NCBI RefSeq assembly: GCF_009914755.1
Contig: NC_060932.1
DNA from: the human T2T-CHM13v2.0 reference genome, Homo sapiens
Reading direction: 5' to 3' (one strand)
Length of the DNA: 64,000 nt
In this document: positions 14,302-31,962 of the stretch, piece by piece
Layout: the number at the start of each line of letters is the position of its first letter
How positions within the stretch are numbered: position 1 is the first letter of the stretch
Program-made: the position numbers and the translations under genes
Notes under the pieces: generated by a model
What the model saw: only the letters and a program-made list of their open reading frames with translations
Told to the model about the DNA's origin: nothing
Databases searched by the model: none

Positions 14302-14590
14302 TTTTTTTCTCTGAGACAGAGTCTTGCTCTGTCGCCCAGGCTGGAGTGCAGTGGCATGATCTCGGCTCACTGCAACCTCCATCTGCCGGATTCAGCAATT
14401 CTCCTGCCTCACCCTCCGGAATAGCTGGGATTACACATGCGCCACCATGTCTGGCTAATTTTTTGTATTTTTAGTAGAGATGGGGTTTCACCATGCTGAT
14501 CAGGCTAGTCTCAAACTCCTGAGCTTGTGATCCGCCCGCCTCGGCCTCCCAAAATGCTGGAATTACAGGTGTGAGCTACTGCGCCCGGCT
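14302..14590 (-). mobile_element. Alu SINE, AluS-like, inserted in L1M
   Basis: GAGACAGAGTCTTGCTCTGTCGCC...GCGCCCGGCT. Confidence 0.93.
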
Positions 14591-16026
14591 GATTTTGTTC
14601 GTTTTTAATCATGAATAGGTTTGACTTTGTCAAATGCTTTTTTCTGCACCTACCTATCTGATTACAAAATTTTTCTTCTTCAGCCTGTATACGTGTATTA
14701 GTGAAATTTTTAATACCTCTATGCACATGGCAACAATTGAAGTGGAAAAAATGCAAATAAAGATGACACTATGACATCTTAATCCATAATTAAGAAATTC
14801 AATCCATCATAATGTTACTGTATACTTTGTATGCACAAGGCATATACAAAATTCAAGAGTCACAGTAATTGTCTTTAGAAATATGCTATATTAATACAAA
14901 TATGGCAAAGTAAAAAGAAAGTGATGTTTCACCTTTTATTAATTGTATATTTTGTGGTGTAAACCAACTTGTTTGATGCATAGATACTAATGTATCAGGG
15001 GTTAACATGTGGATCATGAAACCAATTACTCCTAATAGAAGCATTCTGGGTTTATTATGTAGCATTATGCCTAACCAGTTAGGCAAAAAAGCAGATACAT
15101 GGAAACATAAAATGTAGTCAATACCTCTGTGTACATTGCATTCTATTCAGAGAAATGATATGTAAATGAATGTACTACTGTTTATAATGGATTTTAATAC
15201 CAGTAAAATAGAAAAAATACGAACATTCCAAGGTAAAAAACTATGAAATTATAGAGGCAATAATTACCTATAATTACCTCAGATTTCTCAGAGAAGAAAG
15301 ATTATGAATATTGAACTACATATGACCTATAACAACTATTTTCCTAATAACAGATATTGCTATTTAATTCCTGCTGAATATTTGTAGTTTTCCCCATCCC
15401 CAGTAAATTACACATTCTGTAACATGCACTGAAAATTCTCCACAATGTGACTTTAAGACAACCTTGAATCAACATCTTCCAGTATTCCACTTCCTGCCTT
15501 TTCTACAGACTACCTGAACAATGGGACTAGTGATTTTTACCTGAAAATATTATGCAGCTTCATGTACCAGTAGCTACTGTGAGGGTGACATAAGCCAAAA
15601 CTGCCAACAATGACCTTAAAGGTTGCTGGAGAACAAGGTCAACTCCCATTCCCACAACACTGTAGAATAAATAAATTTAAAAGTGAGCTCAAAGAAGGCA
15701 GAGTAGGCTTTCTGAAAACATTAAACACTTGGACTTAACAGTACCTATATCCATCATTTCATCCCTTTAGATTTATATTTTCTTGAGAAAAATAAAATAT
15801 TTTGGAGAATATTTTGGAATTTAATTCTTCAAGTGCCATCTCTTGGACTTGAAGGAATTATGATTAATTCAGAGGTATACAAGTTCAACATTAACATTCA
15901 GACACCTTTTAAAATGAGAAGCCTATTTTTTTGACAACCTTCTTGCCTTACATACTCTGAATTACTCTACATCAATAACATTCATCTCTGAATTACTATT
16001 GCTCACCCACTTTAGAGAAAGTATTG

Positions 16027-16340
16027 TAGTAGCGCTCTGTAACCACAATTTCCACATCTGGGGGTTCAATTGAATACGGATTGAAAATATTTAAAATGAA
16101 TTACAACACATCAATAAAAAATAATACAAATAAAAAGCAATAAAACATAACTATTTACATAGCATTTATATTGTATTAGGTATTATAAGTAATCTAGATA
16201 TAATGTAAAGTATATGGGAGGATGTGAGTAGTTTATGCAAATGCCATACCATTTTATATCAGGGACTTGAGAATCTGCAGCTTTTGGTATCCTCAGGGGT
16301 TCTGGAGCCAGTCCCCTGTGGATAGTAAGGAACAGCTGTA
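16027..16340. mobile_element. MER2-like non-autonomous TcMar-Tigger DNA transposon
   Basis: Typical core ACTATTTACATAGCATTTATATTGTATTAGGTATTATAAGTAATCTAGA; terminal CAGCTGTA. Confidence 0.8.
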
Positions 16341-17279
16341 CTTCTAAGCACTTGAAAGATTAAAAGACATTAGAACGTTAATCTTTTCAAATTATACTTC
16401 TTTTTCAATTGTAATTCACTTTTAAATCTATTTCGCTTGCACCCCCGTTTTTTACATCTACTGTTTCTCTGTTAGGTAGGAAGAATAGGAATGACAATAT
16501 TTTGGTTTTTGATGAGAAGGCTCAAGGTGTTTATCTTCACAAAATTTATATAGCAGTTATAATAAAGTCTTAAAGATTAAATGTAAACACCATATTTTCT
16601 GTGAGAACAAAATTAAACAATGAAACAAATATCCAACACAAAATCAAAAAAAGGAAATAAAAAGAAAACCAAAAATATTTGCTCTCAAACAGAATGTTCC
16701 TTTTTTTTAAAATTTGTCACCCATGATTTAGATGTCCATGCTGATGTTTTAAATAGTTTCAATGTTACCACCAAGTGTGAATCAGGAAACAAATCAAATA
16801 AGAGTTTTTAAAAGGTAGTCATAGGGTCTACTGACCAAACTAGTCAATTTGGGGGTGAACATTTCTAATATATTTTTCGCATCAACATAGTTAATTCATT
16901 GACCATTAGGAAAACTTTTAAATTTTCAGCTTTGTGATATATAATGTTATATTTTCCTTCTTTTTTATTTACCTATTTTCTCTTAAAAGAGTATACCACA
17001 TGGTTAGATTTTTTGTTTATATTTTTTAAATATTCAAATTTTAGTTTATATATTTCAGATCAATATAGTTTTCTCCATGGGCACGTCATTCCTCAGTTTG
17101 TATAGTTTCGCTATCCTAGTCTAGTGGACATCCCACACAGAAACAAAGATTTCTAGTTGAAGTTTCAAACTTAATACCTATTAAGGTGAAATCTGGGCAA
17201 GTCAGCATATGATGTCTATGCAATTCAGTTATGATTGATGGAACTTAAGAAATCTGCTGAAGAAAGTAGTGACAACAAA

Positions 17280-17748
17280 TACATTTATTATATGCCAGTC
17301 ATTGTTCCAATCATTTTGCATATATTAACATATGTGTTTCTCACAACAACTCTATGAATTAAGAGTTAATAAAACTCTTGTAATTCAAACCCAAGACTGC
17401 CATCTCCAAGGTAAATCTTGTCAACCACAGCACAATAGAGCCCTTTGATAAAAAGTGAGAGAATGCAAAAAGAAAAAGTTCTTTTTGTCTCTGCCACTTC
17501 CGTCTGACACAAACTGAATTACTATAAAAGCATGTGCAATTTGGAGCTGATGCAGCCATCTCAAAACCAAGAACAGAGACAGCATCAATATATTCAAGAT
17601 GGCAGAATGGACAGATGGCAAGGTTTGGGTTTCCTAGAATACACTGTTGTACTACTGAACCAACCCTGGGACATACTGCTGCAGACATTTTATTTGTTAA
17701 GATAATAAATGGTATTTTATTATTGCGGCCAAAATTACTTTGATACAA
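17280..17748 (+). mobile_element. MIR remnant followed by an MLT1-type (MaLR) LTR fragment
   Basis: MIR-like CTCACAACAACTCTATGA; MLT1-like GGAGCTGATGCAGCCATC...AATAAA...TGATACA. Confidence 0.55.
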
Positions 17749-18533
17749 TGCCCATTACTATCTGACCCTACTGTTTTAACATTTCATTTTATCTCAAATT
17801 ATAATTTAACCACAATCTTCTTGCCATTCAAATCATCCTATATAACAACAAACTTCTCACAATTGAAGAAGTAGTTCAAATGCTACTTATTCTTTGAAGT
17901 ATTACCAAATGAAGGAGTTAAATACTTTCTCCTCTTTGTTCTCATACATCTTTATAAATATTACAGCCATTCTCTAAATAAATAGCAAATATTTTATGGT
18001 AAATTGAGGACAGCATAACAGCTGGAAGCCTGGGTTATTATTTCTCAGCATCAAGACTGAAACTTAGAATACAGTAAATATTCAGTAACTGCATGTTGAT
18101 TAATTTAAATTTAAATAGATAAAAATTCAATTAAAGTAATTTAAAAGCCTATATTTCTTTATAATTTATATTCTAATACAGACAGGAAAACACTCATCAA
18201 AACAGTCTATTCATGAAAATTGCAACACTTTTTAATAACAGTTTTGCCTTTCAGGAAATTTCAACAGAACTATGTTTACATTTACCTTTGAAAATTATTT
18301 TAAATAAATATTAGAAATGTTTTTTAAAGTTTTCCATTTTCTGACAAAATCTTGTTGGTTAGTTTTACATTGCCATCATGATAAATTAAGAATAATATAT
18401 TTAAAAACTGATTTTTTCTTCTGCTAATTAACTTACATAAATAGCAATAAAACGGGAAACTGAAAAATGAAAAAGACTAATTTAGAGCAGTGGATAAAAT
18501 TTTTGAAAGCCCACGAGTTTCCTAAAACATTTT

Positions 18534-18831
18534 ATTTTGTTATTATTTTTTGAGACAGGGTCTGTATCTGTCACACAGGCTGAAGGGTAATTATGTGATC
18601 ACAGCTAACTGTATCCTTGACCTCCCAGGCTAAAGCAGTCTTCCCTCAGCCTCCTGAATAGCTGGGACTACAGGTGTGTATCACCATGCCTGGCTAATTG
18701 ATTTTTTTTTTTGTAGAGACAGTGTCTCTCTATGTTACCCAGGCTGGTCCCAAAATCCTGGGCTCAAGCAGTCATCTTTCCTTGGCCTCTCAAAGTGATA
18801 GGATTACAGGTGTAAGCCACCATGCCCAGCC
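18534..18831 (-). mobile_element. Alu SINE, AluJ-like
   Basis: GAGACAGGGTCT, GGGCTCAAGCA; TSD CCTAAAACATTTT at 18521-18533 and 18834-18846. Confidence 0.92.
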
Positions 18832-18859
18832 TCCCTAAAACATTTTAAAATATAGCCTA

Positions 18860-20432
<1,573 letters not shown>

Positions 20433-20434
20433 AG

Positions 20435-21052
20435 TGTAGGCACCAAGGAAGTAAGCTCTCCTTTGCCATCTGAAGGTGCACTGAAAAATCAACTCACGAA
20501 AGGCAAATTAATTGGAGAAAAGGCATGCAAATTTATTTAAGGTGTATACACGGGAGCCTTCACAATGAAGACCCAAACACACAGGGAATATTATCTATTT
20601 TTATGCTTAGGTTCAACGAAGTATGGGGAGTTGTGCAGAAATATGATTGGACAAAAAGGATATAATCTAATGACAAAAAATGGAATAGGGAAACCCAGTC
20701 AGACCTGTCTGTCTAGATTCCTGTTGGCCTCCCTGAGCACAATTTCTTTCCTTCTGAGTGTGGAACAGGACCCTCTCTGGGAACAGGGGTCTAATGACCT
20801 ACAATCAAACAAGGTAGGTCAGATAATTTTTTAATGGCCAGTTTTACATAGGTTTTATGGCTGGCTTTTGAGAAAAAGGGGTTCCGGTTTCTACAATCCA
20901 CCTTGGGAAAGAGGAAATCTACTTTTTATGGCTAACTTCATGGGAGAATGGGACTGAGACAGAAGGACAGGAGAAGGTCAGAGAAAAACGTTTGCATCAG
21001 AGGCCACTTCTGAGTCCTTCATTTTGGGGTATTGTTTTTCTGAGCCCCAACA
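20435..21052 (-). mobile_element. ERV1 solo LTR, MER34/MER39 group
   Basis: TG...CA termini; minus-strand start TGTTGGGGCTCAGAAAAACAATACCCCAAAATGAAGG; minus AATAAA near 20532. Confidence 0.8.
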
Positions 21053-22243
21053 CTGTTAGAAGAAAATACTGCCTGTCTTGCTAACATGAAAAAGCCTGTC
21101 AGCTGCTATAAACAAATAGCCAGATATTTGGTAGCTTAGTGGAAACTTTTTAAATTAGCAGATGTAAAGAAGTGGAGAAGGTGACCTAGAAAGATCCAAT
21201 GCAGTGAGAAAACTATTCAAATAGAGAGGCTTTAGTATGAATATGTAATGAACATCTTGCATATGCTAATTGATAATACTTGAATAAACAAACAAGAAAA
21301 GTGATCTCAAATCAAAAATGAGTTAATTGGGAGATAGAATGGAAGGTCACATAGGGAAGCTTGTGACTTTGGTAGGTTAGTTGCAAAAATTAAGTCTCAG
21401 CTTTATTTTTGCCCACTTCATATTCACTAATAATTGCTTTCCATTTATATTTTATTCAGCATTTCTCATTTTTTTCAGACTATGTTTTCTTTTTCTTATT
21501 ATGTCTTACAGAAAACATTCTGCTTTATCACAATCCTAATTGCTGGCCTGCTTTTACATCTGTTATAGATAGAATACCTATAACATAGTAAAATAGACAA
21601 AGAAGAAATATGGTTATATATCTTTCAAAATAAAATTACGTTGAAGTGGGACCAAGAAAAAAAAGATAAGATTCAGATGAATTTAAAAGTGTATTTCCTC
21701 TGAAAGCCTCACTGCATTGGCGGAGAGGATAGTTTCTTGCTATTAATTTTTGTTTAATAAAGCTAATTTTTTTCACATCATTAAAATATTTGATTTTCCC
21801 CTTTCAGAGAAAATGTGGAAGGTTAAAATCAGAAAAGAACATTTAGCATCCTATAGTTCTATATGCACACTTCTGATTTTAGTGAGCATGCTTAATGCTC
21901 TGGGAAGATTTCCTGTTCGAGTACTTTTTCTTACAATTAGGCTCAATGTTAAATTCAGAAATCCAGTGAGAATAAGCTACATCCTTTCTCCAAGACTCAG
22001 AGAGACAATTTGATTCATAGTTTTAATGAGTGTGGCTTTAATTAAAGCTTAAATAAGATCAGTTGCTCTAGTTGTTGTTTTTTACTCTTCAGGGATTCTA
22101 CTCAGCTTCAAGATTGAACCTTGGGTGCTGACGCAAGTCTTTGGTTAATAAAAATTGTTTCGTTGCTTGGAACAGGGAATTTCAAGCATCATTTTTGCCA
22201 GTTCTACTTTCATTGAATTTATTTGTGTTGTGTATGTGAGAGA

Positions 22244-22266
22244 GTGTGTGTGTGTGTGTGTGTGTG
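22244..22266. repeat. (TG)n microsatellite
   Basis: Directly visible. Confidence 0.9.
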
Positions 22267-22869
22267 ATTTTCAAATGCAGATTTACAAAATTTTACATTA
22301 TTTTAATTACCTCTCCTGATCTTGTATGAGTTGAAGATTAATTTCTACCCTTTCTTGCCTAAAGCTAATGCTTTATCTCAAATTAATAATTCATTCTTAC
22401 CAGGCTTGAAACGACTTTGCTGAGCATTGTGGCATTTGGGACTCAGTTCAACTCAGCTAATAGGGGACTAAACTATCTTTCAGGTGCTGGGATAGACAAG
22501 GAAAATCTCTGGAGAGTGTATGATTGGTCTGCTCTCAGAACCTCTTTTTTCCCACTTTTAAGAACATTCTGCTTTCATGTGACATAAGACATCAAAAATC
22601 AGAGCAAAACTCGGTCATATATAAGGCCTAACATATTTAGACTCTTCCTCTCTACAGACCAACAAAATTAGTTGTCCACAGAAAAGGGGATGCTTGGTGT
22701 TTACAAGAGTGATTTTAATCCAAAATTTATTGTCTTCAAATACTTGATCATCAATTTGAGTAGAATACTAATGATATAACAATAGGGTATCAATAATACT
22801 CCTCTTCTGAAAGACCTCCTAAACCAACTATAACAGAATTCCAAGGACAGAAAACGTTGACTGGTGTAC

Positions 22870-23420
22870 TATGTATTTCTATACATAGCACAGAGCCTGG
22901 CAACAAGTTCACACTCAATATTTGTTGGTAAGTAAATAAATGGAAGGAACAAATAAGTAAAGGAAGAAAGAGAGAAAAATTAGAGAGAGAGAGTCAGAGG
23001 ACATGCTCTCCTTTAAAAGCATCAAACATTTCCATTAAAGTTAATAAAATGCAGTCTTCTTACTAGTCTTCAAGGCATTTCATGGTCTAGCCTTTGCTAC
23101 CCCTCTCAAGGCACCTCTCTCTACTTCACTACTTATTATGTCTGTCACACTGCTCTTATTCAGGCTTCCTAAATCTCCAAGCTATCTCTCTCCTCTTAAG
23201 AACTTTACATGCCTTACCCCTTTCCTTGGATTTTTTTTTTTTTGGCATACCTCAGCCTCTCTACACATTTGTCTGAATAGCCTCACCTTCTATAACTAAT
23301 CATAAGCATCGTATTCTCAGAATGGCCTTCCCTGACCACTCAAACGTAAATTGCTCCCATCTCCACCCTAATTATTTCCACAACACTCTTCCTTTTGGTA
23401 AGCGTGCTTATCACAGTGCT
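22870..23420 (+). mobile_element. L2 LINE remnants
   Basis: AGCACAGAGCCTGGCA...CTCAATATTTGTTG terminus; GCCTTCCCTGACCACTC motif. Confidence 0.6.
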
Positions 23421-23514
23421 ATATCACAAATATAGGAATTTTAACTTTATCAAGTGGGAAATATAGAGGCCATCATTGGGGTTGCACAATATGAAGCAAA
23501 TTCCAATAACTCTC

Positions 23515-24348
23515 TTTTTTTATAGTTTTTATTATACTTTAAATTCTAGGGTACATGTGCGCAACTTGCAGGTTTATTATATATATATACATGTGCCATG
23601 TTGGTGTGCTGTACCCATTAACTCGTCATTTAACATTAGGTCTATCTCCTAATGCTATCCCTCTCCCCTCCCCCCACCCCTCAACAGGCCCCATATGTGA
23701 TGTTCTCCTTCCTGTGTCCAAGTGTTCTCATTGTTCAATTCCCACCTATGAGTGAGAACATGTGGTGTTTTGTTTTTTGTCCTTGCAATAGTTTGCTGAG
23801 AATGATGGTTTCCAGCTTCATCCATGTCCCTACAAAGGACATGAACTCATCATTTTTTATGGCTGCATAGTATTCCATGGTGTATATGTGCCACATTTTC
23901 TTAATCCAGTCTATCATTGTTGGACATTTGGGTTGGTTTCAACTCTTTGCTATTGTGAATAGTGCCACAATAAACATACGTGTGCATGTGTCTTTATAGC
24001 AGCATGATTTATAATCCTTTGGGTATATACCCAGTAATGGGATGGCTGGGTCAAATGGTATTTCTAGTTCTAGATCCCCGAGGAATCGCCACACTGTCTT
24101 CCACAATTGTTGTACGAGTTTGCAGTCCCACCAACAGTGTAAAGTGTTCCTACTTCTCCACATCCTCTCCAGCAACTGCTGTTTCCTGACTTTTTAATGA
24201 TCGCCATTCTAACTGGTGTGAGATGGTATCTCATCGTGGTTTTGATTTGCATTTCTCTGATGGCCAGTGATGATGAGCATTTTTTTATATGTCTGTTGGC
24301 TGCATAAATGTCTTCTTTTAAGAAGTGTCTGTTCATATCCTTTGCCCA
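23515..24348 (-). mobile_element. 5'-truncated L1PA (L1PA4-7-like) 3' end
   Basis: TTATTATACTTTAAATTCTAGGGTACATGTGC; minus ORFs match the ORF2 C-terminus (LEIPFDPAIPLLGIYPKDYKSCCYKDTCTRMF). Confidence 0.95.
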
Positions 24349-25109
24349 TATATGTAATATGCTAAATAATATATGAAATCAAAATACTATAAAAATACTT
24401 TAAAATATTTAAGCAATACAAATTCAAAATGAAAATCACAGTTTTGCCCTTCACTTCCTTAACTGCATCCCCAAACTTGAATGTTTTATTATTGCTATGA
24501 ATCATTTACTTAAAATTTTTTTGTATATTACATTATTTATATCATCAACTTTTTGGGAATACAGAACAGCCATTTTAAACATTATTAAACATTATGAATT
24601 AATTTACATTTTGCCACTGGAAACTTTATCTGACCTGTTAAAGCTTTTAAATTACAAAAGTATTAGATATAATGCTAACTCTTTTTGGGACATAGATACT
24701 TTCTAGGTAGTTAGGTAGATTCATATCTCTACATGCTATAAATATTGAAAATAATCTAAAATTTATAGCTTTCAAAGGTAGAATGGATTAAGATAAATCC
24801 AATGAGTAGAGATCTATTATCTAACATAATACGTACTTAGAAAATTGTCTTGAGCATAAAGATTTTCAGTAAGTATTGATTTACATTAAATGAGTAAGTG
24901 CTCCTGGTTTCTATAACACAGTTAACGGCTCTCTATATGTGTCTGCTAATCTGTAGATGTGGTTCAACGTAATGTGGGATGCTTACACATATCAGAGAGA
25001 AAAAAGTAGAAGTAATTTCCCCTTTTCAAAATCTGAGAAGAAAACAGTTCTGGAGAGAATTAGTTGAGCTAGGATCCAAAGACAAAGATCAAAAGGCAGA
25101 GCAAGACTC

Positions 25110-25623
25110 TGCAGGGGAGAAAAAGTGATGTTTTCCTTAACCATGGCAAGGTTCATGACTGACACTCCAATAACAAAAGACAGTGACATGAAAATAACAA
25201 ATTAATCAATGTTTTATATGACACAGGAGCCTCAGTAATGAAGACCCGAAGAAATAGGGGAAACTATTTTTATGCTTAAGTTTAATGAAGAGTGAATAGT
25301 CATATAGAAGTCTGAATGGATGAAAGGGGGTATAATCTAATAGTAACAAACCCACAATCGGGGCACTTTAAAAAATCTGTGTATTCAGATTCTTCTTGGC
25401 ATCTCTATTTCTTCATTTCTTTCCTCCAGGTATAGGGAAGGACACATGTCACATGAGTAGGTTTTATGGCCTGCTTTCAGTGGAGGTGGGTCAGAGAATT
25501 ATTTAGTGGCCAAGCTTAGTGGAGAAAAGCAGGAGAAAGTCACAGAATCACTTACTTTCTTCTGTAGTTTTTTTTAATTTTCAAAATGCCCTACTTGGGG
25601 GAAGTGTGTTCTAAACCCTGACA
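25110..25623 (-). mobile_element. ERV1 solo LTR, MER34-like
   Basis: TG...CA termini; shares AATGAAGACCC and TTTTTATGCTTA blocks with the LTR at 20435; imperfect TSD ACTC/GCTC. Confidence 0.75.
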
Positions 25624-26822
25624 GCTCATACCGAAATGAGTAAGATCTCGAATGGAGCCAAGAAATAAGCTAGGCATTTAAGATAAAGTCAAGAATATGT
25701 GACAGTAAAAATCATTGAGAGTTACAACAGACACATGTATTAGAGGTTATATTCAGGAAGTATTTCAAAATCTGGCAAACCGATAGGAATAAAGACAACA
25801 GAATACTCAAGACTACAGGAGATAGCAAGGATGTGAGTTGGGCTGTGACAGTTCAATGGAGAAGCCCCAGAAAGAGTCCAGCATGTCATACTGTTAGGTC
25901 AACAAACAAAGATACAATAAATTAGGAATATGGGGCACCAGAATAAACATGACAGTGCTAACCAAAGGCCCGTGCTGAAGCTTACAAATTCAAGGCAAGA
26001 GAAACACATACTTTTTATAACAAAATTACTGTCTGTTACATGCAGTAAATCAATCTATCTATCTATCTAAAACATATATATATGAGACACTTATTATAGC
26101 AGGAGATAATCTCAAAGGTATCACTCATGTGGGCTTCTGTTAAAGTAGGTAAATGAGTACATTTAACTGGGAAAAGCAATTGAAGAAACAGAATTAGCAA
26201 TATATAAATTCTTGTAATATCTCAAATATAAATATTAGAAAAGTCTTCTTTATTGGAGGAAAATTAATTCACTGTTTTTAATTTCTGTGATCTATAAGTT
26301 ATGAAATATTATCTTCAAGGCCAACATGTTGATGGATTAATACGTTAACTTTCTTCTAAAATTTTACCCATCAACCAATGGTTTTGATTAAAAAAACAAA
26401 GGACTTACTGGGTGACTTTCCCATGAGAAAGTAAATATTCCTTGAACCATCAACATTCCAGTTGTCATTACGAAGACTTCTGGCATGGACAACATCTATT
26501 TTCTTTCTCCATTTACTAAATAAGTATTGCTATTTTCTCTAGGAAACCTGATTTTATCACAAAACATCCTTTAAACAAAACATCCTGAGTTTTGTTATAG
26601 TTACATTGGTATTTATAAGATCTAACTCACATGTGTTTGTGAATTATTACATTAATATATACACTTAAAATTTTTAGTACAAAGGAAAACTTCACATCAC
26701 ACCTCTTTTTAGATCTTTTAAAATATAGAAAACAATTGTCAAGTAGTCAAAACTTATACAGGTTTCTAAACATACTTTATCATGTACTATAAAAGAGGTA
26801 TATTTTAATGAAAGCAAACTTT

Positions 26823-26848
26823 GACGTAGTTAGGAGACGTAGTTAGGA
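26823..26848. repeat. Perfect 13-bp tandem duplication
   Basis: GACGTAGTTAGGA twice. Confidence 0.9.
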
Positions 26849-28744
26849 GAATGTGCAAACCATTGTATGATCAAATTGTTCTTACTTCTCTACACTTGCC
26901 TACAAATTTCTATTTGGAAATGTTTTTAGTGATAGAATGGTAGATTTATTTCTCATTAAATTTTCAGTAACATCATATCTGCTTATAACTTACCTATGAA
27001 ACATTCTGATGACACTATGAAAATGTTGACTTACTCTAATTACTTTTTCTTAGTAGCCTAATAGCATCAATTCTCAAATGATTTTCTCAGTGTTCAAATT
27101 TGCATCACTGAGTGCTCTGTGCTATGGTGAATTTGTGTTTCTGAGCTTCACCATAGAGCCTAGCACATATTAGGCATGTAATATATAATTTAGTTACTAA
27201 ATAAAACAGAGATCACCTAGGAAATATGGAAAATAGCAGGAAAGCTAGAAAGTGACAAAAAGTGTGCTCGATGAAAGGTCTGTATAAACAAATTTAATAC
27301 TGGAAAATTGTGTGTATGCAGCTGCCCACTTGTGACACCAACATTTAATTAAATACAGTTGTCTCATAACCTACTCAGTGGTTGAGCTTCCTCACAGCTG
27401 AACTAAGATTGTTTAAATAAAATGAAACTCATTAACTTTTCTAATTGTTGTTTGTGTGAAGACTTGAACTTTGCTTTTAAAAAGAAACTGCTCCATCTGC
27501 AGCTAGTAAAAAGTATCAGCTGGCAATGTTTAACCCTCATGAATCATCCATTTATTTTTCTTTCCCAAACCAGTGAGCATGGGGGAAAGGAGATTCTGTA
27601 AGAAAAATTCAAAGAATATTACAGGAACTTTATTTTGCGCCTCTCTTCGGAGCTTATGCACACCAAAAGGAATAGTTTGCTTGGTTTCTATAAAGGTAAA
27701 GTACATGCATCATGGGAATGTAACAGCTGCACAACTTTAGCCTTTCTTAGTTGTCAATGGAGAGGAAACAGATCATCAAAACTTGAATGCTTCATTTTAT
27801 AATGCTGCTTCATATTGTACAGCTTTAAAATGGCAAGTATCTCTTAACAAAGAAAATACTCCATTGCGGCTAGCTGATAACAAATATATGCTTTCCTTAA
27901 AAGAAGTGAAATATGTGAAGCTTCAACTTCATTTTTAGCATTTAAAGGTTAATATAAACGATAATAAAGACCCAGAAGAAATCTTCTATTTGTTGAAATT
28001 AAAGAGCAAACAGTCCATCATGCTCCAATCCTTTTTTTCATGTAGTAGTACTTTTTATAGATTAAGACAATTTCACAAATAAAGTTATTTCAGAACACGG
28101 ATGTCTGCCGATCTTTTCTTATCTGGTAATGATTTTTGTTTTTTTAATTTAGAAAACAAATTTGTTTAATGTTTTTGTCCTGATTTTAGTCACACCTAAA
28201 GACTTTTTTTTTTTTTAAATAAATGTGTATACTATTACAATTAAAAACTGTTGATGTAAAAGTCAGCAATTTTGTTTGGGGAAAGACAGGGACTTAAAAA
28301 ATTGCCATATATTGATTCTCACAGACAAAGAAGGCTGGAGATCAGCTGGCAGACAGGTGTGTCAGCTCTAGTCTCTTGGAGCCCCATGTTCCATCTATTA
28401 ATTTTTTTCTCCATGATCTTTGGTGAGAAGCTTCCAGCCTAAAGCCGCTTCATGATTCAATGTTTCCTGAAGGGAATGTCTAGCCATTGAGTCCAAAGTT
28501 CAGGGAGAAGGAATTTTTTAAAGTGGGAAAAAAGAGCTAACTCCTGACTAATAGGGAGTTTACTTGGGAATTCTGCACATTTCCGCTAACCATTCATAAT
28601 TACAGAGAACTGTGGTCTCATATCCACTCCTGCATTCAAAGAAACCTCAGAAATATATATTTTTTAAGACTCATGGGTCAAGGTTTAGCTATGAATGAAG
28701 AAGCAATGAAAAAATTTGAGAGACAATGAGGTCATGGGCACACA

Positions 28745-30900
<2,156 letters not shown>

Positions 30901-31819
30901 ATTTGTTATGTGTTCAATTTATTTGATATTTTCAGGAGAATAATATATACAGATGTAAAATGCTATTTATGCAATATATTCACACTGAGGTGATAATAAA
31001 CTTTCTTACGGCACCAGGTATTACGTAACACTGATATCTGCTCTGCATATTCCAATTTCAAAATTCTTGACTACCATCATTCTATCTAATTCACCATTTC
31101 TAACATATACTTTAACAATAACTGGAGAACTTCTTTCAAAAGAGAGTATGTATTATAGGAGTCTTTCATTGCAAGTGACAGAAACCCAGCTGAACATAGG
31201 CAAAATGTTCTATGGAAAATGTACAGGCTAAAATAATTATTCTAGAAAACAAAAAGGAATATAAAAGACCTCTGCATCTTTACTTCCTTCTTGCAAATTG
31301 GCTTTTGAACCTAAGAGGCTGGGCAATTATTGGTGGCAGTTTGGGGATCACATTTTTCCAGCTTTGATACAAAAATACACATTAAATTAACATCTTTACT
31401 AGACATAAGCAATGTATCTTTTTCATGTATCTCTTTTTCAAACCCTTTAGCATTTTAGTTATTTAATTCCTTTAAGAAACAACGCATTCTGAATGCCAAA
31501 TATATAAGCGGCATTTGGAAGACAGAGATGTGAGCTCTTTGAGAATATTTTTTACTAAAAGGAGACATAAAATGTGCACATCAATACCATAAAACAGAGG
31601 AAGTTGTTTGCATATGAATAGCACTGTATTGTATAAAATTGACAACTATTGAATTTCATAGAGAAAATTATAAATATTCAACTCTGGAATATTTAACTTT
31701 AAAGTTTGACGGGTATTCGGAGGTTAAAGAAGAGACTGTGTAAGGAAATGATCCATTTATTTAATTTGTACATAGTTGCCGCTCATACCAAATTATAAAA
31801 TAGGCATTTAAAAACTGTA

Positions 31820-31962
31820 GGGTGGGTGCAGTACTTCATGCCTGTAATCCCAACACTTTGGGAGGTCAAAGCAGGAGGATCGTTTGAGCCCACGAGTTCA
31901 TGACCATCCTGGGCAACATAGCAAGACCCATCTTCGTATTTAAAACAAATAAATACAAAAAA
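31820..31962 (+). mobile_element. FLAM_C-like Alu monomer
   Basis: Single left arm with GGAGGATCGTTTGAGCCC and an A-rich tail. Confidence 0.8.

Larger units (their letters stand above)
11595..14685 (-). mobile_element. Old L1M (L1MC/MD-like) 3' portion, interrupted by an AT-rich repeat and an Alu
   Basis: Antisense L1 3' end AGACTTTATTT...TTTTAGGTTTACAG; ORF2-like antisense motifs such as CCAGTTTTTCCAGCACCATT. Confidence 0.85.

Noticed and set aside
17359-17748. Longest ORF in the track (129 aa, minus)
   Set aside because: Overlaps MIR/MLT1 remnants, has no recognisable domain and uses a non-ATG start
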